Shown here piece after piece: positions 1 through 15,119 of a stretch of 64,000 bases of DNA. Position 1 is the first letter of the stretch. The number at the start of each line of letters is the position of its first letter. The position numbers and the translations under genes are program-made. Source of the stretch: Eledone cirrhosa (lineage: Eukaryota); contig OZ024743.1 of assembly GCA_964016885.1 (NCBI GenBank), forward strand, positions 53,878,001 through 53,942,000, written 5' to 3'. The notes below the pieces were generated by a model. The model was not told the origin of the DNA. It did no database searches and saw nothing but the letters and a program-made list of their open reading frames with translations.

Positions 1-88
1 TCCTGACGTCTTGTAACTTGGTATCCTTGAAATATGTATAATGAAATAAATATGGTTTTATAAATATAGTTTCCATTTGTTAATATCG

Positions 89-183
<95 letters not shown>

Positions 184-505
184 TCATCATCATCATCTTC
201 GTTTAACGTCCATCTCCCACGCTAGCATGGGTTAGATATATATATATATATATAATGCTTGACACGTCCAACTCTGGAAGAAAGCTGAGATAGAGATACA
301 TCTTTTGGAATCAAATCACAATCTATTTCGAATAAACTGGCTCTCTGTATGGTAATAAAGAGTATTTCACCACCCCTCTATATAAATTACAACACATGCC
401 ACACATATACTGATGTTATACATGTAAACATTTTGAAATTTATTTTAACAGTTGACCACTTAACCCATATTGGTCAACCTTTGCGAGAAAATTATATCTG
501 GATGA

Positions 506-550
<45 letters not shown>

Positions 551-973
551 TGTGCGTGCGTGTGTGTGTGTGTGTGTGTATCTATTTATGTGCACGTGTG
601 CGTGCATGTGTGCGTGATCGTACGTATGTGTGAATGTGTGTGTGAGTGCGTGAGCGTGTATGTGTGTGTGTGCGTGTGTGTGTACAGAAAGAGACCACAG
701 TTAAATACAGTACTCAATAGATTAAGGGAAACAAAAGTAGGGATAATGATGGCGAGAGGAGTAGGAGGAGACAGGACAATATATTTCATGTATAAATAAC
801 TTCTACAGGACTAGGACTGTTTCATTCGGTTGAAATCACAAGGAAAGTCCTGATGAGTTGAACTGAATGAAACCATTTCTATAAGAAATAAATTATATGT
901 AAAAATGAAATGATAGAAGCCAATAATATATATCTGTGTATAATTGCCTCCTGTGTTTTGTTTGTTCATTTTC

Positions 974-989
<16 letters not shown>

Positions 990-1032
<43 letters not shown>

Positions 1033-1535
1033 TGTATATACAGTGTATTTTGCAATACACTGTATGCTTAATTAAAATCATTTCGAAGAACTTACGCTAT
1101 TGTTTTAGAGTAGTGACAGTCTCACTTACTTCAATTTTCAGCAAATAAGGGAGATAAAGCTGACAGAGCTCTGTTTCGCACTTTTTGGTTATCAAAGCTA
1201 GCTAATCAGGAATTGATTATACAATTTCTGCTTGACCGGCAACCGCTCTGTATAATCAGTTCCTGATTTGACAGGAATTCTATAAGAATCAAACATTCAT
1301 AATTTTCAGCAAACAGGCGGAGTAGTTAGCTTTGATAAGCACCAAAAAGTGCGAAACAGAGCTCTGTCAGCTTTATCTCCCCTATTTGCTGAAAATTGAA
1401 GTAAGTGAGACTGTCACTACTCTAAAACAACAGCGTAAGGTCTTCGAAATGCGTTTAATTAAGCATACAGTGTATTGCAAAATACATTATATATACATTC
1501 ATATATATATGGCTATTTCAGAGCTCCAATTCTAA
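990..1535. mobile_element. Fold-back short non-coding element (pLTR/retrozyme-like family 1) in a (TA)n tract
   Basis: ~1030-1260 and ~1300-1510 are inverted copies; the same family recurs at 29737-30478; carries a hammerhead. Confidence 0.75.
1328..1372 (+). ncRNA. Type I hammerhead ribozyme, U3-A8 core variant
   Basis: AGCT-TTGATAA-GCAC caaaaa GTGC-GAAAC AGAGCTCT GTC-AGCT: helix I AGCT/AGCT, helix II GCAC/GTGC, palindromic helix III, GUC site. Confidence 0.8.
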
Positions 1536-1540
1536 TATAC

Positions 1541-1600
<60 letters not shown>

Positions 1601-1637
1601 ATATTAAATAAATGGAAACTATATTTATAAAACCATA

Positions 1638-1703
1638 TTTATTCTGTTATATATATTTCAAGGGTACCAACAATTTTGGTACGCTATCATCAGATAAAAT
1701 AAA
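1638..1703 (-). ncRNA. Type I hammerhead ribozyme (family 2; also 12575-12636 and a truncated copy at 1-90)
   Basis: Minus strand: TTTATTTTAT-CTGATGA-TAGCGTACCAA aattg TTGGTACCCTT-GAAA TATATAT A-ACAGAATAAA; 7-bp helix II core, AUA site. Confidence 0.65.
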
Positions 1704-1785
1704 CTGTTGAGTGCTCTGAATCAGTTATAAACACTTATATTTGTTGAATTACCAACAAATTGAATATCTCTTCTGCATACACACA

Positions 1786-1825
<40 letters not shown>

Positions 1826-1834
<9 letters not shown>

Positions 1835-2428
1835 TGACCCCTCGTTATCGAGTATGGCCATTGCACGAGAAAAAAAAGACTTAATAATAACAATAATAAT
1901 AATAATAACAACAATAATAATAACGACAACAACAACAATAATAATATACATATATATATATAGACACACATGCACGCAAATAAACATATCTATACACACA
2001 CACGATAGCAATTAACAGCGCTGCGATCGTAGGTGGCTTTTTAGCCCAGCCAATGATCTAAAATGTCTTGCACAGAGTCGGCAACCAAAACATTCACTGG
2101 GAATAGCCGGCTGTGGTTGGAGTTCGTGTACTTTTGCATGTCGTTTGAGCCCTCCTGCTGATTTACATTCTCTACCACATGCTTGGCAAGCATGATGAGT
2201 AGCATCTCCAACAGCAGCCTGGTAGTCAACCACTGGTCTTACTTTATGACTGCGAAGATGACTTTCGGGTCCAGCTTTGCTTAGGCAGAGTCTCGCACAG
2301 ACGCTGCATGTCAGCACCATAGGAGGACCTTCGCCGTCTGGAAGTGCAACAGCAATGCCCTTCCTCACATCCCGCTTTACTTTCTCGTATGCAATTCGAG
2401 TGGCCTCAAAGGCAACTTTTCCCTCGTA
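1826..2428 (-). mobile_element. 3' end of an RTE-like LINE with three C-terminal C2H2 zinc fingers
   Basis: Non-repetitive part of ORF 2012-2611: YEGKVAFEATRIAYEKVKR..CSVCARLCLSKAGPESHLRSH..CQACGRECKSAGGLKRHAKVH..CRLCARHFRSLAGLKSHLRSQ; 3' UTR ends GCCATACTCGATAACGAGGGGTCAGCCATCAT; 5'-truncated, flanked by (TA)n. Confidence 0.7.
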
Positions 2429-2435
2429 TATATAT

Positions 2436-3543
<1,108 letters not shown>

Positions 3544-3853
3544 ATAATAATTAATTTGAAAACTAAAATTCAAAGAGGGCTCGATAAGGATAAATATATA
3601 TCAAATATATAAGAACCGTAGAGCCAATATTTATTAAAATATTTTAATAAATATTTTAATAAATATATATATATATATATATATAAACTAGAAACAAATA
3701 TATTTTCACCTTATAGTCCAGATTTCAAGTTTCGATTATACCTGGTGCAGAACAGCATTTACACATCTACACGGCTGGTTTTATTTCACATGCTGGAGGG
3801 GTTATTGATTGTAAATAAGAGGCAAATAAATGGATAAAAAGTTGGTGGGGGAG

Positions 3854-3958
<105 letters not shown>

Positions 3959-3967
3959 AACATATAT

Positions 3968-4665
3968 ATTTGAGACTTGAAACCGCGCGGTAAGGGTAAT
4001 TATAGCAGGTAATGTGAACTTTTAAAAATTTATTTTAAAACTTTTTCTTATTTACTAAACCTTGATTATATATGTTCTGGCTCGTTAATTTATTAACCTG
4101 CCATAGAACCACATTGGCATATGGTTGGATAATACATGTGTCCCTATATGCATTTTGCATGTAGGGAAACATACTTTATTATTATTAATCTCCCCTGGTC
4201 GAGATAACATTTTGGTCGTTTTTACTGCTGCTATTTCTAGTGGCAGTACATTGACCTTTCCGCCCCTGCCTTCTATCTTTACACACGGCACTAGACAAAA
4301 TTGTTTCTTCATCATACGCTCTCATCCTGGAACAGTTCTGTATGGCGCCAGTTCGTGATTTGAACTCGGGAATTTTATATTCTCCGAGTGAGAAGAACCT
4401 TCTGACGAAAGTCTTCTTCTCAATATATTTCTGCATGGATTATCCATTTATTTTGAGACTTGAAACCGCGCGGTAAAGGTAACCATAGCAGGTACAGTGA
4501 ACTTTATAAAATTTATTTTAAAACTTTTTCTTATTTGCTAAACCTTGATTATATATGTTCTGGCTCGTTAATTTATTAACCTGCCATAGAACAACATAGG
4601 CATACGGTTGGATAATACATGTGTCCCTATATGTATTTTGCATGTAGGGAAACATACTTTATTAT
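3968..4665 (+). mobile_element. Short element, family 4: ~1.45 tandem copies of a 483-nt unit
   Basis: 3968-4185 is repeated at 4451-4665 (GAAACCGCGCGGTA at 3979 and 4462). Confidence 0.8.
4397..4480 (+). ncRNA. Type I hammerhead ribozyme with extended helix II
   Basis: ACCTT-CTGACGA-AAGTCT...AGACTT-GAAAC CGCGCG GTA-AAGGT; perfect helix I and II bases, palindromic helix III ACCGCGCGGT. Confidence 0.85.
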
Positions 4666-4791
4666 TTATATATTTTTTGTTTCTACTTTTGGCGCAAGGC
4701 CAGTAATTACCCAGTGCATTACTGGTACTTTATTTGATCGACTTTATTATATATATATATAAGTATATATATGTATATATGTATATATATG

Positions 4792-4933
<142 letters not shown>

Positions 4934-5076
4934 TAGTTCCACAACAAATTAACAAGCTATACTTAAGTTAATTTGTTCTGGAACTAACCTTATACCGAAC
5001 TCGTCCTTTGGACCGAGTGGTCAACCGGCTTTGGATATAACCTCCCGGTTTTTCACTATTTATATGTATATATATT

Positions 5077-5168
<92 letters not shown>

Positions 5169-5599
5169 TGTGTGTTTGTGTGTGTGTGTGGCGAGAGAGA
5201 GAGAGAGAGGCGGAGAGAGAAAGCAATTGTAAGATAGATCACAGAAATACAGAAGTAGTTATGTGTTGTTAAATCATAAGAAAAGTTAGATACAACCTCC
5301 TCTCCTCCTTTTTCCCTCCCCATTAGCTTCATTTTCCTTCTCCTCTCGCCATCCTTATCCCTACTTTTTGTTACACTTTCAGCTGTTCCACTTCCACCTC
5401 ATCAACAACTTCAAGGGCCTCTCCACTGACCAGCTGTACTTGATGCTAGCCGCGATGGATGAATTTCATCTATTTCATTTCTGCTCTTTAATGGACGAAC
5501 ATTTACGCTCCAGGTGATTTGGGCTTCATTGATTTCTCACTAGAAACTGCTTGTGTCAATGGCTTTACTACTCCTTACTGTTTTACAGTGTCTATGTAA

Positions 5600-5811
5600 G
5601 AGCTTGTGCCAGCCTGTGTGTATACGTGTGCCTGTGTGTATATATGTGCCTGTGTGTATGTGTGTGTCTGTGTGTGTCTGTGTGTCTGTGTGTATACGTG
5701 TGCCTGTGTGTATGTGTGCCTATGTGTATGTGTGTATGTGTGTATGTGTGTGTGTCTGTGTGTGACTGTGTGTATATATGTGCCTCTGTGTGTGTGTCTC
5801 AGTCTTAGTGT

Positions 5812-5852
<41 letters not shown>

Positions 5853-5990
5853 TGAGTGTGTGTGCGTGTGTGTGTGAGAGAGTGTGAGTGTGTGTGTGCG
5901 CGCTCGCGTGTGTGTGTGTGTGTGCGCGCGCTCGTGTGTGTGTGTGTGTATGTGTTTGTGTGTGTGTGTGTGTGTGAGTGTGTGTGTGTG

Positions 5991-6045
<55 letters not shown>

Positions 6046-6230
6046 CGGTCTAAATATGTCTGTGTGTGGCTCTGTGTTTCAGTGACTGTGAGTGTTTCTG
6101 AGAATCTGTCATACTAAGCATATGTTGTGCATGTGCATGCGAATGAATGTGTGTGTGTGTGTGTGTCTGTATGTGTGTGTTGTGTGTGTGTGTGTGTGTG
6201 TGTGTGTGTCTGTGTATGTGTGTGTGTGCG
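5600..6230. repeat. Compound (TG)n microsatellite (representative of dozens of TA/CA/TG tracts in the window)
   Basis: Directly visible. Confidence 0.95.
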
Positions 6231-6609
6231 CGTTTGCGGTTAGGGGGCAGAAGAAAGATATTTGATGTCATCAGAAAACTGGCAAAAAGATGCGAAAATG
6301 AAAGAAAATTGAAACCTGAAAAAGAAAAAAAAATTGTGGGAAGTAAACAAGAAAAAAAGGGAATGAGGAATGGATGTACATGGCATTTGACAGCTGGTCT
6401 GCTGGATAAGACGAGGAAATATACGGCAATACATACACACAAATACTAAATATCGAAGAGAAAAAAGAACAGAAAAAGAACCATAATCCTATGTGGGAAG
6501 CTCTGTAGGGTTGCTTAATCTGCCAGAAATAGCAGCTAAATTACCCCTTTGATTACATCGTACCATATAAATATGTAATAAAATAAAACATACAAATAAT
6601 GGTTTCTTA

Positions 6610-6972
6610 TTTAGGCACAAGGCTAGTAATATTTCGCGAGTGCATTACTGGTACTTTATTTTATCAACCCCGCCAGGATGAAAGGCAAAGTTAACCTCGG
6701 CGGAATTTGAACTCAGATAATAAAGGGCCATAACTCTATGCTGCAAAGCATGGCGTCCGACCCTCTACTGATACTGCCAATCCACCGCCCTCATATGAGA
6801 TGCAAATAGTTTTTTCTACTATTCGCACAAGGCCAGCAATTATATCAGTGCATTACTGGTACTTTATTTTATCGACCCCGGCGGGATTTGAACTCAGACC
6901 ATAAAGGGACGTAACTCTGTGATGGAAAGCATGGCGTCCGACCCTCTACCAATACTGCCAATTCACCGCCCT
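6610..6972 (-). mobile_element. Two tandem copies of tRNA-derived SINE family A
   Basis: Sense consensus GGGCGGTGGATTGGCAGTATCGGTAGA (A box)..GAGTTCAAATCC (B box)..GCCTTTCATCCTTACGGGGTCGATAAAATAAAGTACCAG; many dispersed copies in the window. Confidence 0.85.
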
Positions 6973-7147
6973 AACATACAAATAATAAAAACTAAAACAA
7001 AAAGGCGACGAACTACATATACATAACAATGTGAGAACATGGATTGAGTTGCTCATTCTACTAGAAATAGCAGCTAAATCACCCTCTTAATTAAACTGAG
7101 ACGTTTAAATCAAATAAAACAAGTAATACAATCTCCATATTCATGAA

Positions 7148-7330
7148 GGCACAGAGTTTTGTGGTTAGAGTGTTGGGCTCACGATCATAAGGTTGTGGGT
7201 TCGATTCCTAGAATGGCTGTCGCATTGTGTTACTTCATATCACGTTACTCCAGTTCGCGTAGCTGAAAATCTCTGACGTACCAGTAGTAGTTGGGAGTTA
7301 ACATTGCAAGGGATTGGTGTCCCATTCTGA
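7148..7330 (+). mobile_element. tRNA-derived SINE family B (degenerate; related copies ~19445-19635, 33655-34090, 37210-37530 minus)
   Basis: GTGGTTAGAGTG..GGTTCGATTCC pol III boxes; copies share a CCTTGAGCAAGACAC-type core. Confidence 0.6.
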
Positions 7331-7574
7331 AGGACCGGAAACGGTCCTCATTAAAGAGAAGCCAGGATATATCAATGGTTGAAGTGTCAATCTCATATAG
7401 TTAAAAATGTTTAAAACGGCGACAGAGAGTAATTGAGTTAAGAAGATGTATAAATCATACGCCAACATGATTTCTGATATATGCTACAACATATTCATCA
7501 TCATTATCACCATTAATTTCCTTATCATCATTATCACCATCAACCTCATTGTCACTATCATTTTTATCATTATA

Positions 7575-7760
7575 CACGGTGAATTGGCAGTATCGGTAGA
7601 GGGTCGAACGCCATGCTTTGACGCATAGAGTTACGGCCCTTGCCATTCTGAGATCAAATTCCGCTGAGGTTAACTTTGCCTTTCATCCTTACGGGGTCGA
7701 TAAAATAAAGTACCAGTAATGTACTGGGTTATTTCTGGCCTTGTGCCAAATAGTAGAAAC
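7575..7760 (+). mobile_element. SINE family A
   Basis: Matches the family consensus. Confidence 0.85.
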
Positions 7761-7785
7761 AATTATTATCATTATACACTTCCGT

Positions 7786-7819
<34 letters not shown>

Positions 7820-7955
7820 CCATCATCATCGTCATCACGATGATAACCACAATCATCATCATTTTCATCACAAATTTTCACCACCATCACCATCGTCAAC
7901 ACCATCACATATATTATATATATATATATTATATTATATTATATGTATATATATG

Positions 7956-8000
<45 letters not shown>

Positions 8001-8040
8001 ATATATATATTATATATATATATATTATATTATATTATAT

Positions 8041-8073
<33 letters not shown>

Positions 8074-8090
8074 GAATATATATATATGTA

Positions 8091-8158
<68 letters not shown>

Positions 8159-8188
8159 TATATATATATATATATATACATATATCTA

Positions 8189-8220
<32 letters not shown>

Positions 8221-9104
8221 CGTGCGTGTGTGTGTATGTGTAGGCTTGTATGTGTATATTTGTGTGTCCGTGTATGTATGTGTATATGGTATATGTGTGT
8301 CTTAATGTGAGTGTGCGCGTTTGTCTGTACGTGTATGTGTGTGTACGCTTATGTATGTGTACGCACCTGTATGTAAGAATGTGTGAGTGTGTGCATGTGT
8401 TTATGTGGGTGTATGTGTGTGTACGTGTATGTATGTGTATGTATGTGGTGTCTGAATGTGATGGCACGCGTGCATGCATGTGTGTGTATGTGTGTGTGTG
8501 TGCGTGTGTGTAAATATGTGCTTAATATATGCATCGGTACACATATGTAAGAATGTGTATATGAGACATTGTGTGTATGTCTATGCGTCAGTATGTAAGA
8601 GACTGTGAGTCTGTGCGTATGTGTGCATGTGTGTCTGTGCATGAGTATGTGTGCATGTGCGCACGCGCACGCGTGTATGTGTGCGAAAGTGAGTGTGTAT
8701 GTCCGTACGTGTGATAAAGTTGTCAGCAACCATAAAAGAGCTATTTTTCTGTAGTTGTGTGCTGATGTCAGGTGTAACAGTGTGAAGAGGATCACCTGGC
8801 TGTCACTAGAACACACACTATTCATTCAACTGCACACAGACTTGTCTTTAATTAATCTTTAACTACATGTTAATTACTCTCCAAATTAATAAGATTACTT
8901 GACAGTTATCAATTACAAATTAAATAATACATGACTGACATGAGATTTGGTTTTCTCAACAAATCTATCTTTATTTAACGAAAGACTTTTGAGGAAAATA
9001 AAAATAAAAATAAAAAAGACCCCCCCCCCGCTCCCCTGTCTGTCTGCCTCTCATTCACTCTCAACTTCTCCCACCTTCAGTCACCTTATCTCTTTCTATA
9101 TACA

Positions 9105-9179
9105 TCTCTGTCTCTCTCTCTCTCTCTCCCCCCTCTCTACCCCACTCTCTCTCTCTCTCACACTCTCTGTATTTCTTTC

Positions 9180-9220
<41 letters not shown>

Positions 9221-9338
9221 TGTATCTCTTTCGTCTTTCTCTCTCTCTGTATCTCTTTCCTCTTTCTCTCTCTCTCTCTCTCTCTCTGCATCTCTTTCGT
9301 CTTTCTCTCTCTCTCTCTCTCTCTCTGCATCTCTTTCG

Positions 9339-9376
<38 letters not shown>

Positions 9377-9524
9377 ACACTCTCTGTATCTCTTTCGTCT
9401 TTCTCTCTCTCACTCTCTGTATCTCTTTCGTCTTTCTCTCTCTCTCTCTCTTTCTCTCTCTCACACTCTCTGTATCTCTTTCGTCTTTCGCTCTCTCTCT
9501 CACTCTCTGTATCTCTTTCGTCTT

Positions 9525-9560
<36 letters not shown>

Positions 9561-9632
9561 ACACTCTCTGTATCTCTTTCGTCTTTCTCTCTCTCTCTCT
9601 CTCTCACTCTCTGTATCTCTTTCGTCTTTCTT

Positions 9633-9664
<32 letters not shown>

Positions 9665-9680
9665 TCTCTGTATCTCTTTC

Positions 9681-9740
<60 letters not shown>

Positions 9741-9812
9741 CTCTCTGTATCTCTTTCGTCTTTCTCTCTCTCTCTCACTCACACTCTCTGTATCTCTTTC
9801 GTCTCTCTCTCC

Positions 9813-9847
<35 letters not shown>

Positions 9848-9900
9848 TCTCTCTCTTTCTCTCTCTCACTCACTCTCGCTCTCGCTCTCTCTTTCTCTCT
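9105..9900. repeat. (TC)n-based minisatellite with recurring CTGTATCTCTTTCGTCTTT motif
   Basis: Motif repeated about 14 times between variable (TC)n spacers; explains spurious ORF 8947-10041. Confidence 0.9.
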
Positions 9901-10304
9901 ACCTTCCTCACACAGAAATACATTCTCACTCCCTCACTCATCACACATTTTCATGAATATATTCACACACAAACCTGTTTCTTTAATTATTTTTCTGGTT
10001 TCAGTCATAACACTAGTCAACATAGAGTGCACGTCAGATAGAAGTATCTCGAAAGATATGGGGAGCAGCCTTACGGCAAGAGAATACTTTCAATAGTAAT
10101 TTAACATATTATATCGACTGGAATAAATATTTGAGTCAATATAATATGTTAAATTAGTACATATATAGTACATATATTATAGGTGTCTAATTATAGTAGC
10201 ACTTAGTTACGCAACATAGAAGAACGCATTATAAAGAAAAACGAACGGTTTTAAATACAGAAGCAAACAGCAGGATATAGACACACATACATACACTGCT
10301 AATA

Positions 10305-11580
10305 TCTATATATATATAAAACGGAAGATGTCTGTCTGTGTGAGTGTATGATTTTTATGCATTTCCACATTTCTCTACCGATTTTGATGATTTTTTCCCA
10401 ATGTGCTCCAAATTTACCAACGATGGTCAACGCGGAATAAATTTTGCCAAACTTTTCCTGCTTCTATGAAAAAAATCGATAAAACTAAATAATGCTGTAA
10501 ACCTCTCTCTTACACGCTGAATCCCTCTCTCTACTACCCTCAACAATCTATGAAACTACATACATGTTGCAACTCTCTTTAAAAGGTTAATGCCTCCCTC
10601 TACTACCCTATCACCAATACAGTTTACAACAGCGACAAAACTTCGTTCAGGAACGCGACATAAACTTTGAAAACTAAGCAACACATCAATTTATACAACA
10701 ACAAACATAGCTTTTCTCTCTCCGTCGCTCTTCCCTCTCTCTATAATAGATTATTCCCCCTCTCTATAATTTAACTGCTGGGAGAATCATTGGAGTCCCA
10801 TATTGACATACGGCTTTTCTGGGGCATTTTAAATCGGCTTATTGCCAATAACAACCCGTAAAATAACACTTCATATAACAGATTAATGCTATAGACATAT
10901 GAATCGGAATGTTTAAATTATACATTTTTTACGACCTTAATTGGTTATAAATATTTATATGACAACACCCATAGTGTTGTACTTCTGGCAATTCTGCCGA
11001 ATACACTGCCAAGGATGAACCTTTTCCCCTTGGCGTCAGATATCCCGTTCGATTTCCGGCGATCCCAATTCCCGGTGAGACCATGTTTTGCCATGTCCAT
11101 TAATAAGTCACAAGGGCAAACATTGTCGGTGGCGGGTATCCATTTGGGGGAGCCATGCTTCTCCCATGGCCAACTTTATGTTCCCTGTTCCAGAGTAGGG
11201 AGCAGGAATGGACTTTTTGCTTACACTCCTCAAGAGATGATACGCAATATCGTCTACAAAGAGGTGCTATAGATGTTGGTGCAGGTGTTGGAGGTGTTGG
11301 AGCTATGCCGTCTGGAAAACTATTTCCATGGCGGACAGATATGACACCCAGCGGCATCAGGACCACCATCTTGCAACTTTGGTCTGCTAAATTCGCTATT
11401 GGAAGATTATTAACCCATCATTGATTGTCCAAAATGCTAATTGTTTCGTAACTTTTAATAACCGGTTCAACTGCTTTATGCACTTAATTGATAAGCTTAT
11501 TCGCTTTCATGCCACGTTTACCTGTATGTAACTTTTCATAGCAAATAAACAAACACGAGCAACGCCGGGCTAAACTGCTA

Positions 11581-11581
<1 letters not shown>
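10305..11581 (+). mobile_element. Non-autonomous Helitron
   Basis: 5' TC start (A|TCTATATATATATAAAACGG), subterminal CGAGCAACGCCGGG hairpin-type motif, 3' CTAG|T, no TSD, internal helicase remnant. Confidence 0.8.
11015..11272 (+). pseudogene. C-terminal fragment of Helitron Rep/Hel PIF1-family helicase
   Basis: FRRSQFPVRPCFAMSINKSQGQTL..GIHLGEPCFSHGQLYVPCSRV..NIVYKEVL, SF1B helicase motifs V-VI. Confidence 0.85.
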
Positions 11582-12523
<942 letters not shown>

Positions 12524-12574
12524 ATATATACAATGATATTAAATAAATGAAAACTATATTTATAAAACCATATT

Positions 12575-12636
12575 TATTCTATTATATATATTTCAAGGGT
12601 ACCAAAAATTTTGGTACGCTATCATCAGATAATATA
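12575..12636 (-). ncRNA. Type I hammerhead ribozyme (family 2)
   Basis: TATATTAT-CTGATGA-TAGCGTACCAA..TTGGTACCCTT-GAAATATATAT A-ATAGAATA. Confidence 0.65.
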
Positions 12637-12646
12637 CAAAATGTTT

Positions 12647-12696
<50 letters not shown>

Positions 12697-12701
<5 letters not shown>

Positions 12702-14262
12702 AAATTCCCTAAATCCATGGACGAGTTCTCTTCAGCAGTCTCTGTCTTTCATCATCGCCGCTATGTCCTGTGTCTCCAAGAGACCTGTGTCTGTCCACTG
12801 AGTGCAGCGTCAACTCTGAATGTCGGTAAGCATGTCCTGCTAACCTCAGTTTCCTCTGTGTTACTTTCGAACTGACCTTTGGGAGGCTCCCGTACAGTTC
12901 TTCATCCTCAGTGTATACTGATTAATGTTCAGAGTCACCCTCAGCATTCTCGTCTAGCATCCATCCACCATCTGAGTGACTTTCTTGGTCAATGTTCAAG
13001 TCTCAGACCCGTACAGTAGCACAGACTCCACCGTAGCAACGAAGAGGTGGATCTTCGGGTCTTTACGAAGGTCCGACTTCCACACCGATCTCAAACTGTA
13101 GCACGCCGCCCACGCTTTGCTCTTGCTCTCAGCCACATCATCCATGTGTTCCCAATATTTGCTCCTCACCCAGCTCTAGTGGCTTCCCGTCTACATTCAT
13201 AATCTTCTCTGGCTTCTTAATATTCTCTATCAGATACTTCGTCTTAATCTCATTCATTATCAGCCCCACACTCATCGACACAGTCTCCACCTCCTGCATC
13301 AACTCCTCTGCCTCCTTCAATGTGTTTGTCACCAAAACTATGTCGTCAGCAAACCAGCATCTGATATCTTTTTCGCCCTAACTCTCCTACTCTGAGCCAG
13401 TGCTACAGTAAAGCCAGAATCCTGGTGTTTCTCCAGCGCAAGGCGCATACAATAGTTCACTGCGATGATAAAAAGGTAGGAAGCCAATGTATCTCCCTGG
13501 AGCACTCCAGCCAGTATCTCAAAGAACTCCGTCATCCCATCAGCTGTAATGACTTGGGCTTTGGTGTTGTTGTAGAGCAGTGCTATAAGGTCCACTATCT
13601 ACTTGGGGATTCCATAAGCCTGTAAGATCTTCATCAAGGAGGGAGTGAGGGGGTTCAAGTCAGATCCAAGGAACAGGACCCGAGGATAGGAAGAGGAAAT
13701 AGCTGCACTATTTTAGGACCCTACTAGAAGAGCCGTTATCCACATCCAAGAACACTGGGGAGATCAGGAAAGTGCTTGAGGCACTGGATATTGAGACAGG
13801 AACCTTCGCCACAGAGGAGCTTCAGAGAGCCAAGAAGATCAAGGAGGGCATGGCCCATAGAGAATATGGAGTGGCATCAGAGGTGATGAAGAGCTGTGAT
13901 TTTGATGATATCATCGTGGCGTTCTGTAATAAGGGACTGGAGAAAGGAGATGCCCCAAATCAGTGGAGGATCAGTAGTATCGTCCCAGTGCCAAAGAAGG
14001 GAGATCTTTCTAACACCAGCAACTACTGGGGGATCTCACTGACGTCACTTGTGGCAATGACCCTCAAGAGGATGATTCTTTACAAGATCCAGCCCAAAAT
14101 GGAGTAGAAGCTCAGGGACAACCAGAATGGCATCAGATCAGAGAGGGAAGATAAACCACCAGTCACATCCCAATGCTGAGGAAGATATTAAAGGGAGCTA
14201 GAGCAAAGAGCCTTCCTGCTGTCATGCTTTTCACTGACTTTAGGAAGGCCTTTGATTCCGTG
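12697..14262 (-). mobile_element. Decayed RTE-clade LINE RT fragment with 5' inversion
   Basis: + strand 13640-14262 encodes IVPVPKKGDLSNTSNY.GISL...DFRKAFDSV; - strand from 13640 continues LMKILQAYGIP..GVLQGDTLA..(F)ADD..; stops and frameshifts present. Confidence 0.85.
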
Positions 14263-14311
<49 letters not shown>

Positions 14312-14917
14312 TTTAATACAGCATTAACGAAGCTTTAGGTTGCAGCCAAGCTAACGAAAGCAAATTCGGAATGCAGCTTTAGCACTCGATGGAGAATAAT
14401 ACCCCAGAGTTATAACAATACGTTTAGACAGCTTTGCAAATCAAATATAGCGACCGGCAGTCCAGCCGCATTGCCATAGCAACGAAAAAGACTGAACTCA
14501 GGGAAAGATTTTGACTAACCTGGACCATCACGCGGAGATCGAATGCAACACATAACGCACATCGTATAGCATACATTATACATCACATACAACACACCAC
14601 ATCCACGCTAGGTTTCTGTAAATCCGAGATCGACTAATTCCGTTTGCAGGTGTCTGCAAGTTAATGGCGTTGACGACAGAACAAAGGATTTACTTCGTCA
14701 ACAAGTCTTGCATTCTATAGCCTCTGCCGGTGTGTTTTCTAGCAGTAAACTTCGCTATAGACACATGGTTTTCTCAAAAGGAGGTAACCCCCGTTTTGGC
14801 GGTGAATTCGAAATTTGGGACAAAGGAATGAAATTCTCTTAGACAAACCGTATTAAGCACTCAACCAGAAGTTATCAAACAAACATAAACAATTAATCAA
14901 TCAATAGAATTGTCTAA

Positions 14918-14985
<68 letters not shown>

Positions 14986-15119
14986 TTATTTATAGTTATA
15001 TATACACTATATACAACTATAAAGGAAAGGTCGGTAATTTATTACTACCTTATTACCAGTAAGAAAAATAGCTCAATGTAAATACATCAGATGTTTTACA
15101 GAGCAGAAATATAAATTAT

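Noticed and set aside
9105-9900. Repeat-spacer pattern resembling a CRISPR array
   Set aside because: Spacers are only (TC)n; eukaryotic context, no cas genes
14595-14705. TTGACGA-AGTAAATCC..GGATTTACA-GAAAC on the minus strand
   Set aside because: G at the cleavage position and poor helix I; at best a decayed motif
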